Shown in pieces: positions 11,704 through 25,127 of a stretch of 64,000 bases of DNA. The notes below the pieces were generated by a model. That model was not told the origin of the DNA, did no database searches, and was given only the letters and a program-made list of their open reading frames with translations. Numbering within the stretch: the first letter of the stretch is position 1; each line of letters opens with the position of its first letter. The stretch comes from Chlorokybus atmophyticus (lineage: Eukaryota; Plantae; Mesostigma and Chlorokybus algae). The stretch spans positions 15,551-79,550 of the forward strand of contig RHPI01000984.1 in assembly GCA_009103225.1 (NCBI GenBank), in the 5' to 3' direction. The position numbers were made by a program, and so were the translations under genes.

Positions 11704-13780
11704 ATGCTGGCTTGTGTTGCACAAGAGTGTTATTCAGAGCAAGTTGTTGCCAAGATCAGCAAGCTGAGAGACACCGTGGATAATGACATCCCTACCGTGT
11801 CGGCGGCATCGTCGACTTCAGAGGTGACTTCAAGTCACCAAGTTGGAGGCAGCCTTCACACCAGCGGACTTTCTATTGGCACTGTCCCTACTGGTAAACA
11901 AGCGTGAAGGCGGGCCATATAAAGTCCAACGGGCTTCCAGAAACCACACACACCAAGACTGCAAAGATCGCGCAGTACCTGCACATCAGATTGCGGGTTC
12001 ATGCGCAGACGAACCAACCAGGGCAGGGAGACAGCAGATGAGCTGAAGGGATGGATGGGGGATACTCTCTCCGAAGCCATACGGGTGCGTGCGATGTTGT
12101 GAAAGTGCGTTTGTTCTTATAGATTTATAGACTTATAGACGTTGTATGCATGCTAGTAAAGTGATATCTGGGCAAAAGACTGTGCAACAAAGTGAACTTA
12201 CGTGACGCATATGTTGGCGAGCAGGCCCTGAAACATCCAAAATCGAGTAGAGTTTCCATCGACAGCGTGCGGAGAGCCACCGAGGAGTATCTGCGAAAGC
12301 ATCACACTGGAGCCATTGCATCTGTAAGCACATGCAGCATGCAGCTGTTAGCGGAAAAAATGTCATCACAACGCCTTGGTTGCTAACCTTGTCGCTTGTT
12401 ACCCGGAACAAGCAATTCTGGGATGACGCTGAGCGCGATGCCAACAACATTCCCCTCTACCCGAAGGAGCAAACCACACCAAAGCGGACAAAGCGTCAGC
12501 GACAGCAAGGTTCAGCGTCAGCAGCGTCAACAGCAAGGAAACCGAGTTCGACTTTGCTGCGACAGACACTAGGGAGCCAGAGGAGCTCGAGGAACAACTT
12601 GAGGGTGTGATGCAGGAGGGGTCGGAGGAGTCGGCGTAGAAGGCTGCGAAGGAGATGTTGGAATTGGCAGAGCAGTCTAAGGAGGAAGAGGTGGTGCCAC
12701 CTGCAAAGAAACCGAGGCATGCCAGCTGGCGAGGCATGAAAATAAAAACGTCATTGGCAGATGGCTCTCCCACGACCCCCCAAACACACCTGTGAGTAAC
12801 CATGCAACCATGCAAATACTCATAGACTGCTCTGATTAGGCCATGCGCGTCGTCTTATGTTATAGGCAGAGACAGTCTTTGAGTCAATATATGTATAAAA
12901 TATCCTTACCATTGTCTTACACACAGGGTGGCAGGGTGAACCAACCTGAAGCCGATGCCCCACAGGCTACTAAGCCCGGTATGTCAAGGCAACACCGATC
13001 AGCGCAGGCCCGTGAACTGGCTGTGACCAATGCTGCAGCCGAGGTCAATCGATTCACCAAGACGGGGATGGATACTGTGGAGTTGCCACCACCATTAGAA
13101 GAACATCTGCGGGTGCGTCTTCATTTGAATGGTATCATGCATGCTGATGACATGCCATGGGCGCCATGCTGCAGCCTATGACAATTCACACCAACTTACC
13201 ATCACTGCGTCTTTGTTGTTTTGCAGAGTGACAGAGTGCTTCCCAACCGCAAGCGCATACATATAGCGAACGGTGACCCATGGCAGCAGTGGACAAACGG
13301 TTAAACTCCCATAGGCGAACTCTTCCATTTTGCGGACAAAGTTTTTGTCATCAAGCCTTCCAACATCCCTGGCACAAGGCTGGGCTTGTTCACCTGCCAG
13401 CCTATTACGAAGGGTGAACGCATCATGGTCTTTGACGCAAGTGGTACTCCTACCAGGGGTTCAGAAGACATTCCCTCAGAAGGAGCACCAGCACCACCAG
13501 CGATATCACCTGCAGGTCATCAATAACGTGCCACGCCGGCAGAGCCCTGTCATCGATGGTCACCCTCGATATGGGAACATAGCTGGCTTCCTCAACTCCA
13601 GCCGCGATACGCAGTACAATCCCAACTGCCACATCATGAACTCCATTGATGAGGCTGCGGTGCAGGTAGCTGAGGTCAGGAGTCGGAGTGACATCGCCGC
13701 TGGGGAAGAGCTGCTCATGGAATACGATCCCTTCCCTCCACCTCCAAACGAGCAACCTGCAGACAGTGTGAGTATACGCA
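11704..13780 (+). pseudogene. Multi-exon gene ending in a SET methyltransferase domain, frameshifted
   Basis: 13335-13440 reads VIKPSNIPGTRLGLFTCQPITKGERI. After a frameshift it reads VIDGHPRYGNIAGFLNSS..PNC..DIAAGEELLMEYD, matching the SET motifs GxGLF, GNxARFINHS and GEELxxDY. Upstream acidic and basic exons contain stops. Confidence 0.8.
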
Positions 13781-16700
13781 GCTTATATATATGGCTCATA
13801 TCCATAAACATCACTTGCTCGGCCAGACACTTTCTATTGCTATTATAGACCGCATCTGTGAGAGCTGTGCGGTCTATGACAATCATTCAGAATTGCAAAC
13901 AGTGTACTGATTACCATCTGACCTCAAGTCGTGAAGTACTCTTTCGAGGCTGCCAGAGAAAAGTTTATTCAATAGGCAACAAAGATGGCAGCTCGCCACA
14001 CCGTTGCGCTTGAAGACGGCGCGTACCTCGCCTTGCACTGCCCCGCGTCAAGCTGGTGAATCTTTAGGTGCCTACACATAGAGGGTGCTGAAACGACCAC
14101 AAGCCGCCCAAAATCAAAAATAGAATGTAAGTGTTGAGATTGCTTCGTCTGTGCATGCTGGTACATGTTATTGTGCATTCATAGAATGCACTTGTGTCAC
14201 CAGATTGACACAGTTAATCACACTATCAGATAGGCGTTTGTACGCCTTTAAAAAGGGATATTCGACTCAGCTGAAAGCAAGTGCGCTGAGCTTACACGCG
14301 TGCTGGATAGACTATTCCTGCTGTTAAGACAGATAGACTTCAGAATACAACAAGAGAAATAATAGAGGGTATGTTGTGTTAGAAAGATGACATGATTTCG
14401 GTGTTAAACTTGTTATAACTGGTGGTTATGATCCGCAGAGACTTACCAAGGAAGTGTATCGTAAGGCAAAGACTGCAATTCGCCAAGGCCTTCAAGAGAT
14501 TGCCACTCAAGGCGCCATGGTGACACGGGCTGCAAATCAGCAAAGGCTGAAAGAGCAGGATTATCAGTCAAAAATCGAGAAGACCATTATGTCCATGCTG
14601 CGCAATGGTTTGATAGCAGGCGACATTGGTTGACTGAGGAGCAGATAGCTGCCGTGCGCACCAATGCTCCTAAACGCCTAAGATGCGACTGCACAGTGGC
14701 AGGCTGAGCAATTGCAATTGCAGCAATGCAACAAGGCGGAGTGGGAGACATGCCGGCTATGCATCAACGCCATTGCTGATCGTAGGAAACAGCAAGCGAG
14801 AAGTTTGGGTGGAAGAGCACATGAAGACCATCCATTTTCAGCATCCAGGGTGGGCTGAGTCTAAGTCCCCTTATGGTGCACCTATTTTGTTTGTACGAAA
14901 GAAGAACGGGAGCTTGCGCATGTGCGTCGACTACCGAGCTCTCAACAACATCACGACGAGGAATTGCTTTCCACTTCCACGTATCGACGAGTTGCTGGAG
15001 CAATTGCAAGGTGCACAGTACTTTACAACACTTGATCTTGCTTGAGGTTATCACCAAATCCGCATCGCGCCCGAGGATGTGGAGAAAACAGCTTTTAACA
15101 CACGTTATGGGCACTACGAGTGGTTGGTCATGTCCTTCGGACTTACGAACGCACCGGCAACATTTCAAACGCTTATGAACAGCGTTTTTGCTGACTTGAT
15201 TGGTAAGGGAGTCCTCGTGTACCTCGACGACATTTTGGTGTACGCGACAACAAAGGAGGAGCACGTGGCACTTCTACGGCGCGTGTTGCAGCGTTTGCGC
15301 GAACACAAGTTGTACGCCCAGCTACAAAAGTGCAAATTCATGCTTCGAGATGTGGAGTACCTAGGCCACATCGTGTCGCATGAAGGCATCAAGCCGGACC
15401 CCAACAAAGTGCAGGTGGTGCGCGAGTGGGCTGCCCCGACCAACGTAAAGGAGGTGATGTCCTTTTTAGGCCTTGCGGGGTATTATCGCATATTTATCAT
15501 GGGGTTTTCGCGAATAGCTGCTCCCTTGACTGCCCTACTTAAGAAGGGAAAGCCTTAGAGCTGGTCAACAACAGAGGAACATGCATTTGCTGCGTTGAAG
15601 AAGGCGCTGACGGAGGCACCAGTCCTGGCTCACCCCGACATGATGGAAAAGACATGTATTTTGGCTTGCGACGCGTCCGACGCAGCCGTAGGAGCTGTTT
15701 TGCAGCAAGACCATGGCAACGGCCTTCCCCCTGTAGCATTTTTCAGCAAGAAGATGAGTGGTGCGGAGCTGAATTACCCCGTGCTCGAGAAGGAACTTTT
15801 GGCGCAAGTAATGGCGCTACGACAATGGCGTTGTTTTTTGGAAAGCAAAAAGTTCATGCTTGAGACGGATCACTCTCCACTAAGGTACTTACAAACACAA
15901 CCTCATCTGAGTCGCAGACAAGCTCGATGGCTTGAGTTCTTTCAACTTTTTGACTTCGTTATCAAGTACAAGCGCGGTACGTGAAATGGTGTTGCTGACG
16001 CGCTGAGCCGGCTTAATGCAATTGAGGCACTCGCTCGAATGCAGCCCGAGTGGACCGGCCAAATTCGGCAAGCTTCTTTTGAAGACACGGAGGGTATGAA
16101 AGTGTTGCAAGAGCTGAAAAATGCAGCTACGGACACAAGTGGGCACTGGTCAATGCACGACGGGCTGCTGTGCCACCACGGGCGCTTGTACATCCCCAAC
16201 GTCACGCATATCCGTGTGAAGTTGCTGAAGGAAGCTCATGACGTGCCCATTGCTGGTCATCAAGGGTTGGAAAGGACTTTGGCGAGCTTAGAACAACGTT
16301 GTTACTGGCGAGAGATGCATCGCGATGTGCGCGACTACGTGGCTTTGTGCGACGCATGCCAAAGGGTGAAGGCAAGCAACAAAAAGCCAGGTGGGTTGCT
16401 GCCTCTCCCTGTGCCATTATCCAAGTGGGAGCAAGTTACCATGGACTTTATCACGGGGCTACCAAAGACAAAAGAAGGGTACGACGCTATACTTGTGTTC
16501 GTCGATAAAACCAGCAAAATGGTACGCTTGGCACCGTGTCGTGAGTCTTGCACGGCACCGGAGGCAGCACGCTTCTTCGTGAAGCATGTATTTCGTTCTT
16601 ATGGATTACCATGAAGCATTGTGAGTAATCGCGACCCGCGCTTTACAAGTAAGTTTTGGGAGGCGCTGCATAGCGCACTAGGTACCACATTAAAGTTTAG

Positions 16701-17502
16701 CACGGCATCCCACCCGCAAACTGATGGGCAAACGGAGCGGGCCAACCGTGTGATCGAGGACATGCTGCGTTGCTACGTTAACGCGCGACAAGACAATTGG
16801 GCGGAGCTGCTTGAGTTAGTTGAGTTTGCGATCAACAACCACCACAATGCAAGCACAGGTGTCACTCCCTTCCTTATGAACTACGGGCAACATCTATTGA
16901 CACCGTTGACGGCATGGACACCGCGACGACATGACGTGCGTGTGGAAACAGCTAATGACTTCCTTACAAAGTGCGCGGACATTAACAAGGCAGCTAGGGA
17001 TGCGCTATTGGTGGCACAAAATCGGCAGAAGCAGTACGCGGACGCGCATCGCCGACGCCTCACGTTTCAGGAAGGCGACATTGTGTTATTCTCCGCGAAG
17101 CACGTCCAGGTGCGTACGGGAGTTCGCAAGCTGAATGAACGCTGGTTGGGACCATTTAAGGTCAGCAAAGTTATCTTGGACGTGGCGTACAAGCTGGAGC
17201 TACCCGACACCATGCGTGTGCACCCCGTTTTTCACGTCTCCCTTCTGAAAGCATATCGAGGACAACTGCCAGAAAGGCCGCCCCCCAAAGTTGGCACGGA
17301 TGGTGAACCAGAGTGGGAGGTAGAAGACATCCTTGGTGAGAAGTTTGTGCATGGCGTATGCAAGTTTTTAATGAAATGGAAGGGCTATCCGTTGCACGAA
17401 GCATCCTGGGAGCCAGAGACACACTTGAAAAATGCTCAAGACGTTGTGCGTGACTATCTTGCTCGACGACAACCTCGCGAGCTTCGAGGACGAAGCTCAC
17501 CT

Positions 17503-17515
17503 AGGGGGGGAGGAG
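17503..17515 (+). promoter_or_regulatory. Polypurine tract AGGGGGGGAGGAG
   Basis: All-purine run immediately before the 3' LTR start TGTAAC. Confidence 0.9.
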
Positions 17516-18183
17516 TGTAACAGTCAAGGCCAAATTTTGTGATTTTCATGGCCATTTTAGGCCTTATTTGTAAGGTACATGTTTTATGACTTGTGGCGGA
17601 TATCGGCGAGTTATGAGTCTGCCGCGGATCGACCGGGGCCCCAAGACCAGTCCGGAAGGTGCCAGAAAACGGAGGGCCAGTCGAGAAGGGCTCGACCAGA
17701 TTTCTGGAAGGGCCTGGCGCCAAGTAGTATAACTTGACCATATGAGCAGCAAATTAGGAGATCTTTGGTGCGTTGGAAAGGTCTAGAAGTGTACTACAAG
17801 ATTCTGCAAGAATATCTTAGCTTCTAGTTCCGTCTAGCGCTAGAATCGTCTAGACAGTAGCATGTGCAGACTGGTAGGTATAAAAGTGACATTCTACAAT
17901 TTGCAATACAACCTTTAGCTCCCTAGTTTCTTGTGTGCAAGCTTGGTGGTGGTTAGCAGGGGTTGCTAGCGTGTGCCCACCGGTGTGTGCTTGCTTGTGT
18001 GACGATCCAAGGCGCTACACAAGTCGGTGTGTAGCTTCGAGCGCACGCGCGTGCATACGCGAGTGGCGGGGCGCGCGTGTGTGCTTGGCAGAGGGGGCAA
18101 GGTTCCGGTGTGAATACTGTGCCTTGGTGAGAGGGTTGTGGATTGGACCAACTCACAGGTATCAAGGCACGAGCACCGTCACA
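17516..18183 (+). repeat. 3' LTR of chromovirus family A
   Basis: TGTAAC..GTCACA; near-identical to 2810-3473. Confidence 0.92.
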
Positions 18184-18916
18184 TACAATGTGGCGTGCAT
18201 ATGCGCATGCATTAGACATGTAACAGACTGCGCATGTAAGCATGTTGCGTACAGAAAACGCAAGACATGCGTGTGATGGAGTACCCCGTACGCACAGACA
18301 GCAGCCGCTATAACAGCAAGCTCTCATTGCAGGCAGGCAGGAAGCACATGTATACAACGCCACTGGCCAATTGGAACTGGTCATATGGCCCACTGATCGA
18401 GCAGCTAGGGGCCTACTAGAACCTCAACAGCAAGACATTGATAGAGCAGCTATGTACAAGGTGAAAACCGCTGCTGACTCAATTGGAGTAGTCATAGCCG
18501 TGACCATCGCTGACGTAGTCTCCCATGGTGGCCTCGGTATACTCCGACAGCTCGCTATCGGATGCAGCGAGTGCCAAGAAGAGGTTGTACATCTCCTCCC
18601 TCACGTTATCGGGGAGGTTGGGCACCCTCCGCATGCGATAGCGCATGCGACGGAACTTGTGCTTGTAGCGGGCGGCACGTACATTCTCCGCTATAACATC
18701 CTCCAGTTCTACACCAAGTCATGTCTATCTCTTGACGCTGTGCAGACACCTGCGTTGCTAGAGTTTGGTCACAATGCATGCTACCAACAGATATCAGCAG
18801 CTTACAGATAGTGCAAGTCATACCTTCCTGCGCAAGTCGGCAACGGTTTGCCGCAGCTCTCACACGTCGCGGCGCAGCCAAGCCGATATGCACAAGCATG
18901 CATGCCAACAGAAACA

Positions 18917-19440
18917 TACACAAACCAGAGCAAGCCTGCACAACAAGAAGGTTTACACACTGTGAGGTGGAATACCAGATCAAAGGGCGTAGCGGCAAGG
19001 GAAGAAGGCGACGGCGCATGCCAACAGAGACTGAGCAAGAAGAGGCTGGCCGTGCGTTGACTAACTTGGTCAACACACAAACACATATGCACACACACAT
19101 GCACAGACAATAAAGCATCTCAACTTTGTGCATACACAAACCAAAGCAAGCCTGCACAACAAGAAGGTTTACACACAGTGACGTGGAATACCAGATCAAA
19201 GGGCGTGGCGGCGAGGGAAGAAGGCGACGGCGCATGCCAACAGAGACTGAGCAAGAAGAGGCTGGCCGTGCGTTGACTAACTTGGTCAACACACAAACAC
19301 ATATGCACACACACATGCACAGACAATGAAGCATCTCAACTTTGTGCATACACAAACCAGAGCAAGCCTGCACAACAAGAAGGTTTACACACAGTGAGGT
19401 GGAATACCAGATCAAAGGGCGTGGCGGCGAGGGAAGAAGC
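18917..19440. repeat. 216-bp tandem repeat, about 2.5 copies
   Basis: GATCAAAGGGCG occurs at 18978, 19194 and 19410. Confidence 0.9.
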
Positions 19441-20154
19441 ACTGTGGGAAGAGAGACGGCGGCGGCGGCGCCAGACACAAGACTACAACTGCAACAACCT
19501 TGACGCCCACATGCACACAACCGGCGTGGACGAGGGTTTCATAATGTGACACCCTGTCAAGTCTCAGCCTATTGCTGACAGCCTAGTGCGTCAGCAGAGG
19601 ACTGAGAATTGACAGTCGCAAAGTCACCCCCGTCGCTGCCGCCCATGCCGCTGATACTGCCGCCGACTACGCCGCCCGCAACTTCAAACCCTAATTCGTA
19701 CCTGATCGGTCCTGTTGAGCGATATTCTACTACCTGACACCCGCCTCTCAAATTGAGAGGCATGTGAGGGGTGTAACAGCTGGCCAAACGGCTGTTTGCT
19801 CAACTCGGTGCAACTAGGCTGCAATTTCTGCTGATTGTGGCGGTGAGTCTGACAAGCCTGAGTTGATGGGTAGCCCTGATAGGTATCATGTCGCTGTCAC
19901 CCGCCATAGCCATGGCTAGCCATGATAGAGCGCCCATGTTCTTGTGGGGAATTCCCGTGCCGCCGCCAGTGCTAGTCTTTGTTGAGGAAGTCCCGTGCCG
20001 CCGCCCTCGCCGGTAAGCAGCTGATGGTCACCTGCGCTTGGGAGCGCTTGCTTGCTTGGTTTGTTTGCATGAACATCTGGAAATGTGCCGGTGTGTGTGT
20101 GTGGGTGCATGTGTGGGTGGGTGGGTGGGTTGGGCTTGTGTTGTTACTTCTCGT

Positions 20155-20488
20155 GGTTGGGGCAAAACGCTGGGGCAGCCTCGTGCGTAAGGCCTCGGTG
20201 ACCTTCCCTACGCCCTTGCACAAGTTGGTTGGGCGAAAACGCTGGGGGCAGCCTCGTGCGTAAGGCCTCGGTGACCTTCCCTGCGCCCTTGCACAAGTTG
20301 GTTTGGGGAAAACGCTGGGGCAGCCTCGTGCATAAGGCCTCGGTGACCTTCCCTGCGCCCTTGCACAAGTTAGTTGGGGGAAAACGCTGGGGCAGCCTCG
20401 TGCGTAAGGCCTTGGTGACCTTCCCTGCGCCCTTGCACAAGTTGGTTGGGGGAAAACGCTGGGGCAGCCTCGTGCATAAGGCCTCGGT
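20155..20488. repeat. 72-bp tandem repeat, about 4.6 copies
   Basis: CACAAGTT recurs at 20219, 20292, 20364 and 20436. An orphan partial unit lies near 21575-21606. Confidence 0.92.
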
Positions 20489-20704
20489 GTTCAGGTTGCA
20501 TGCTTGCATTATGCGTGTGGTTTTCAGTTTCAATGGTTTTGCGGTGGTCACCTGCGCTTGGGTGCAATTGCTTGGATGGTTTACTTGCTTGCCTTCACAT
20601 ATGTGCGTGTGCTGGTGTCTGTGTGTGTGTGTGGTGGTTGGGGGGTGGGGGGGGCTTGTGTCGTTGCTTGTCGTGGTGTGTAAGTTTCCTTCGATTGCAA
20701 GCCC

Positions 20705-23700
20705 GTGAACTCAGTCATACCTGCGTGCATGTACATGCAGGTCATGGAAGCATCCGCGAGCGGAAGCCTAGCAAAGCGTGCCAAGACGCATTCAAAGACG
20801 CCTCAGCCATTGCCATACATGAGTCCAAAATTGACTGACAAACTTCTCCAGGTGGGCAAGCGCCCGGGGAAGGTGCAGCGCTGGTTGGGGAAGGTTAGCA
20901 TCGGTGACGGATACAAGCAGTGCAAGCTTGATGACTGGGCGGTCTCCACGCATGGCTACGAGGACACTGGCCCTTTGGCTATTCGAACCGTTGTGAAGGG
21001 TCCAGTGACGTGCAATGTATCGCAGCATGAGAGAGCCACCAGCCCGGCGGCGCCGCCCGACCCTGTGCCCGATCCTAAGCCCGCTCCCATGCCACTGCTC
21101 ACGTCCTTCGATGTTGGCGTCATTGGCTACACTGGTATGCGTCTCACCATCAAAACCGTCAATAAGGCTCCACTTGGCTGGAGCCTTGCATCGGGATCAG
21201 TTGTGGGGGATGTGCTGCGCGCAGGGCCGATCATAACTATCGTGGATGGACCTTGGCCCATGCAGTTACCCGAGGCCCAGTGACTCTGTGCACATGCAAT
21301 GCGTGTACAGTTTTGTGCAGGTTCAGGCTGTCGTAGTGGTGCTGTCTGAGCCATGTACCAGGTTCAGCAGTGACCTTGGCCAGTGACATTGGCGAGCAGT
21401 GACCTTGGCCCATGTATATATATCCTTGCATGTAAGTACGTGTAGATGCATGTGTGCGATCAGTCTGCGGCACTGCATTAAAGAATGCAATGGTGGGAGT
21501 ACAACTTAGGCTGTGTACATGGTCTGCTGATGTCCGTCACAGATTGCATTCGCCGACATGTGTTGGTGTATGTGCTGGGGCAGCCTCGTGCGTAAGGCCT
21601 CGGTGTCCAGGTTGCATGGTTGCATTCTTCTTGTAAATGCGTCTGCAGTTGTGATGGTTGTGGGTGAGATGCTGCTACTACTACCAGTGGGGCTCCCAAC
21701 ATCCACACCAGTGTGGAATTCGTGAGCCACACTGGCAGTAGTAGTTAACAATTACGGAGCTACAACTACTAGTTGTAGCTCTGCCTAAACAGATGTTTGA
21801 GTTATTTATTCTTTAGTATCACATAAGCAATTTGGTACACTATAGTTCACGAATGCAACATTATTCATTGTCATCTTTGTGCTTGTGACAGGCGGCATTT
21901 GTTATGGTAGGTCGGAGACAGAGTCGTGAGTCGTGAGTCGTGACTGGTGTAGGTCGGAGAGTCGAGAGTCGTGAGTCATGACTGGTGTCCGATAAGCACA
22001 TTTGCTGACGTGTCGAGCAGAATGCACAATCGATTCCATACGCACGGCAATACCCTACGCAGTGCTTTTTGCTCGTGGTGTTGGCGGCGGCGACGGCGGC
22101 GGTAGGTGAGCGGCTGCTAGCGGCACACTCGTCTGTCTCATTGTGCTGCTATCGTTTTCATGCTCAATTCCTCATGACCATAAAGCACAGCTTTTTTGTA
22201 GACATGCAGGCAAGGTTTGTGCATGCACTGGCATTTGCCTGCTAGCTTGCTGTTCAGCTGGACTAAGTCATGTTCAGCTGGCAGGGAGCTGAACGACGTG
22301 CTTCGGCAAGGTAAAGTACGGTTTGCTTGATGTGTGAAGCACATGCACATGGCCAAGCAGCTGCAGTCAACTGAGGCAGTTAACTGAGGTTTTTGGTTGA
22401 ACAGTGTTGCGGTTGTGCACAGCTTGACCTACTAGTTTGACCTACTCAACACACAGGTGGAGCAGTGGTCATGTCAGGCACGACGTCTGGTGGGCGGTCT
22501 AGCGACCTGAGTGGAGGCTGGGAAAACTTGGACGATGAGATCTGGGGCAAAAGTGCTGGTGCACCATCAGATGAGCAGGTTGAGCGTGAGTGGGAAAAAT
22601 CTGAGGAGACGGCTCACCTCCGCGACCTTGAGACCATAGCAATGATGCCCTTGAAAGTGAGCTTACAATGATGTGCAAGCAACCACCGTCGATATCAGCA
22701 TGTGCTGCCGGAGTCTGTCTCGATTTCTGAGGTTTGCACAAGCAACTCACACTGTTGATATTGCTGTAACTAAGCTCTAGTATGCAATACTTGCACTGTG
22801 CAGGCACTAAAGGTCCTTCATTGGCGTGGCCAGCATCATACCAGTGATCGCCGCGATATCACAAAGCTGGCGGACAAGGGCCGGATTTGCTATGAGTACT
22901 GTCGTTTGCTACCGGGGAAGACCCAGACGAAGCAGGACCCACTTAAGTTTGCTCTTGCAGTTACATGCTGGCATCTTCTTCATCCAGAGTTCCGTCCTGA
23001 AAAGGTTGGCAAGGTTGTGAGAGTGTCACCAGCTGTCATGCAACATTGTTCAAGCTTGAAGGATTTTGCATTCGATGGCAGTCACCACTCTGGGCCTGGT
23101 GCAGGCAAAAACGATAATTCAGGACTTTCTTACCAACAAAAAGGCATATACCAACGCCAAGCACAAAGAAAGGCAGAGACAGAAGAGTAGGAAACGTTAC
23201 AAGGAGATGATAGAGCGCGCTGAAGCAGGGGGGTTTGAGCGAAAGCGCAAGGGAGCGCCTAAGGACAAGAACAACAAGGTGTGTGCCATGCAGTGACTGA
23301 GTTGTCTGTGCAATGTTTGCATGTCTTCAGTGCCTTTGCCATGTGCATAATTGCAGGTCAAAGACAAGTCAAAGGCAAGAGACAGCTCCTCGCTGCACCA
23401 CTCTGCTACGCCGAGAATGCCACCTCACAGGGTGAGCTACGGTTTGGTAAATGACTATGTTTAGAACGAAACGCTTTGTGTTTGATGGTGCCTTATGTAT
23501 GCAGGGTGTGAGGTGTGTACGATAGTCCCTTGTGCATGCACGGCGCCCACGCGTTCACCTCCCGCCAGCAACGCCAGCGACGACCGAAATGTCACCTCGC
23601 AGCGTGAGCCATGTTTTGCGCGCGGGGGCCGCTGCGGGAGGTCCTGTGTATACACTGTTCTGATCGGTGCCTTGTGCGTGCGATAGGTAACAAGAAAGGC

Positions 23701-25127
23701 ACTGCGCTACAACCCACAAGGTCACCCGCTACTGGTTCACAGGTTAGATGTCTGTCATCATTACACGAGCAGCCAAGTGCTTGTACTCTCCTGTACATGT
23801 CATCATAACCGTTCATGACTGTTGTGTTCAGGCACCTGCCAAACAGGATGCTGATGTGCGTGATACCAGCTCAGCTCTTAAGGTATGCAACAACGACTGG
23901 AGCAAGTATCTAACAAGCATATCAGTTTTTGCAATAGAAACCGCACCACATGTAGACACAGGACGCCGCGAATGTCATGGAGTTCATGAAAGAAAAGGAA
24001 GGCAGAGGGCAAGGGAAGCGCAAAGTGTCTGATGATGTACGCACCACTCTGCTTCACAACAAATGGCATAGCATTACGTTGTGGCTCACAATCCGATGTG
24101 TATGCTGTTGGCAGGAGCCTGAGGTGTCAAGCCCCCAAAAGAAAGCAAAGACTGTTCGCTCAATTCCGGCTCCCTACAAGTCTAAGGAGGCAGGCCCCTC
24201 GACTAGCAAGCAGGAGAAGATGTTGGATAAAAAGAGGGGCAAGCAAAAGGAGGTATGAAGCACCATCTATGTGCGCTTATAGGCTTCTTGGGTCCTTCTG
24301 CTTGCAGAAAAACTGTCACTGCAGCAGACTCGCATGCATGCCTATCAATTGTAAGCTTGATAACACGGCGTGCCACCTGGTTGCACAGGATGAGCCATCG
24401 TATTCAAAAGTATCCGAGACAGACAAAAGCGAGGACAACGATGAAGATGGCGCCAAGGACGATGCGAACAGCCCCAATGACAGCGACAACGACTCCCCAA
24501 AGGCAGGTTTTTTGCAAGCGCTATATAGGAGAGTGCATCTGTGTATATGTCTGCCAGTTGATGTGTTTGTCACTTGCATGTGCAGGAAGACCTGAGCGAC
24601 AAGGATGACACTGCACCGACGATGAAGGTTGGTAATGAAGTCAAGTTGTTCATCGATGGGCGCAAGGAGTTCGTAGGGGAGGCGCACGTAAGCGACATCA
24701 AGCCCGTCAACAAGTTTTAGGGCAAGAAGATTGGAGAGGGTAACATGGTGGTCCAGTTCAGCCGCAATCTTCACATCACTAGGACCAGACGTCCTGGTGC
24801 AGGGGAAGAAGAGGTTGTGCCTTTGCTAATCAGCTTCAAGCGTGATGGGGTTGGAGTGCAAGTGACCCACTTGAGAGGTGAACGATGATTGCGTGCTGAC
24901 TGTGCGTGCGTTATGACAACACACTGCGTCTGACGTATTCATGTGTGGTTGATGCATGTGAAGAGTTCGAGGCGGGGTTGTTGCTACTTTGGCCTACTAG
25001 GTTGATGAAGACCATCAAGGTGAGGGAGCTGCCAGCAAAGGAAGGCACATCCACACCGCGGGGGAGAGGCCGTGGGAAGGGGAGTCGGGGTGGTCGGGGT
25101 GGTCGGGGGCGAAGCAGCAGGAAGTAG
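20705..25127 (+). pseudogene. Multi-exon CACTA TnpA/ORF2-like gene (Tnp1/En/Spm-like C-terminal domain)
   Basis: Many short K/E-rich exons with GT-AG borders. The C-terminal VGNEVKLFIDGRKEFVGEAHV..GKKIGEGNMVVQF and DACEEFEAGLLLLWPTRLMK resemble the CACTA TnpA C-terminal domain (comparison from memory). In-frame stop near 24720. Confidence 0.55.

Larger units (their letters stand above)
14861..18183 (+). mobile_element. Ty3/Gypsy chromovirus copy 2, 5'-truncated (RT-RH-INT-chromodomain-PPT-3' LTR)
   Basis: Begins abruptly in RT ([10 protein letters not shown]). YLDD, RNaseH, integrase with GPF motif, and chromodomain EWEVEDIL..KWKGY..SWEPETHL are present. A few in-frame stops. Confidence 0.93.

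Noticed and set aside
2810-18183. A single intact LTR retrotransposon
   Set aside because: No TSD, duplicated RT-INT, and both coding copies are broken.
20155-20488. 72-bp array as a CRISPR or as LRR-derived DNA
   Set aside because: There are no unique spacers, the context is eukaryotic, and I see no similarity to the 72-nt LRR units; the shared period looks coincidental.
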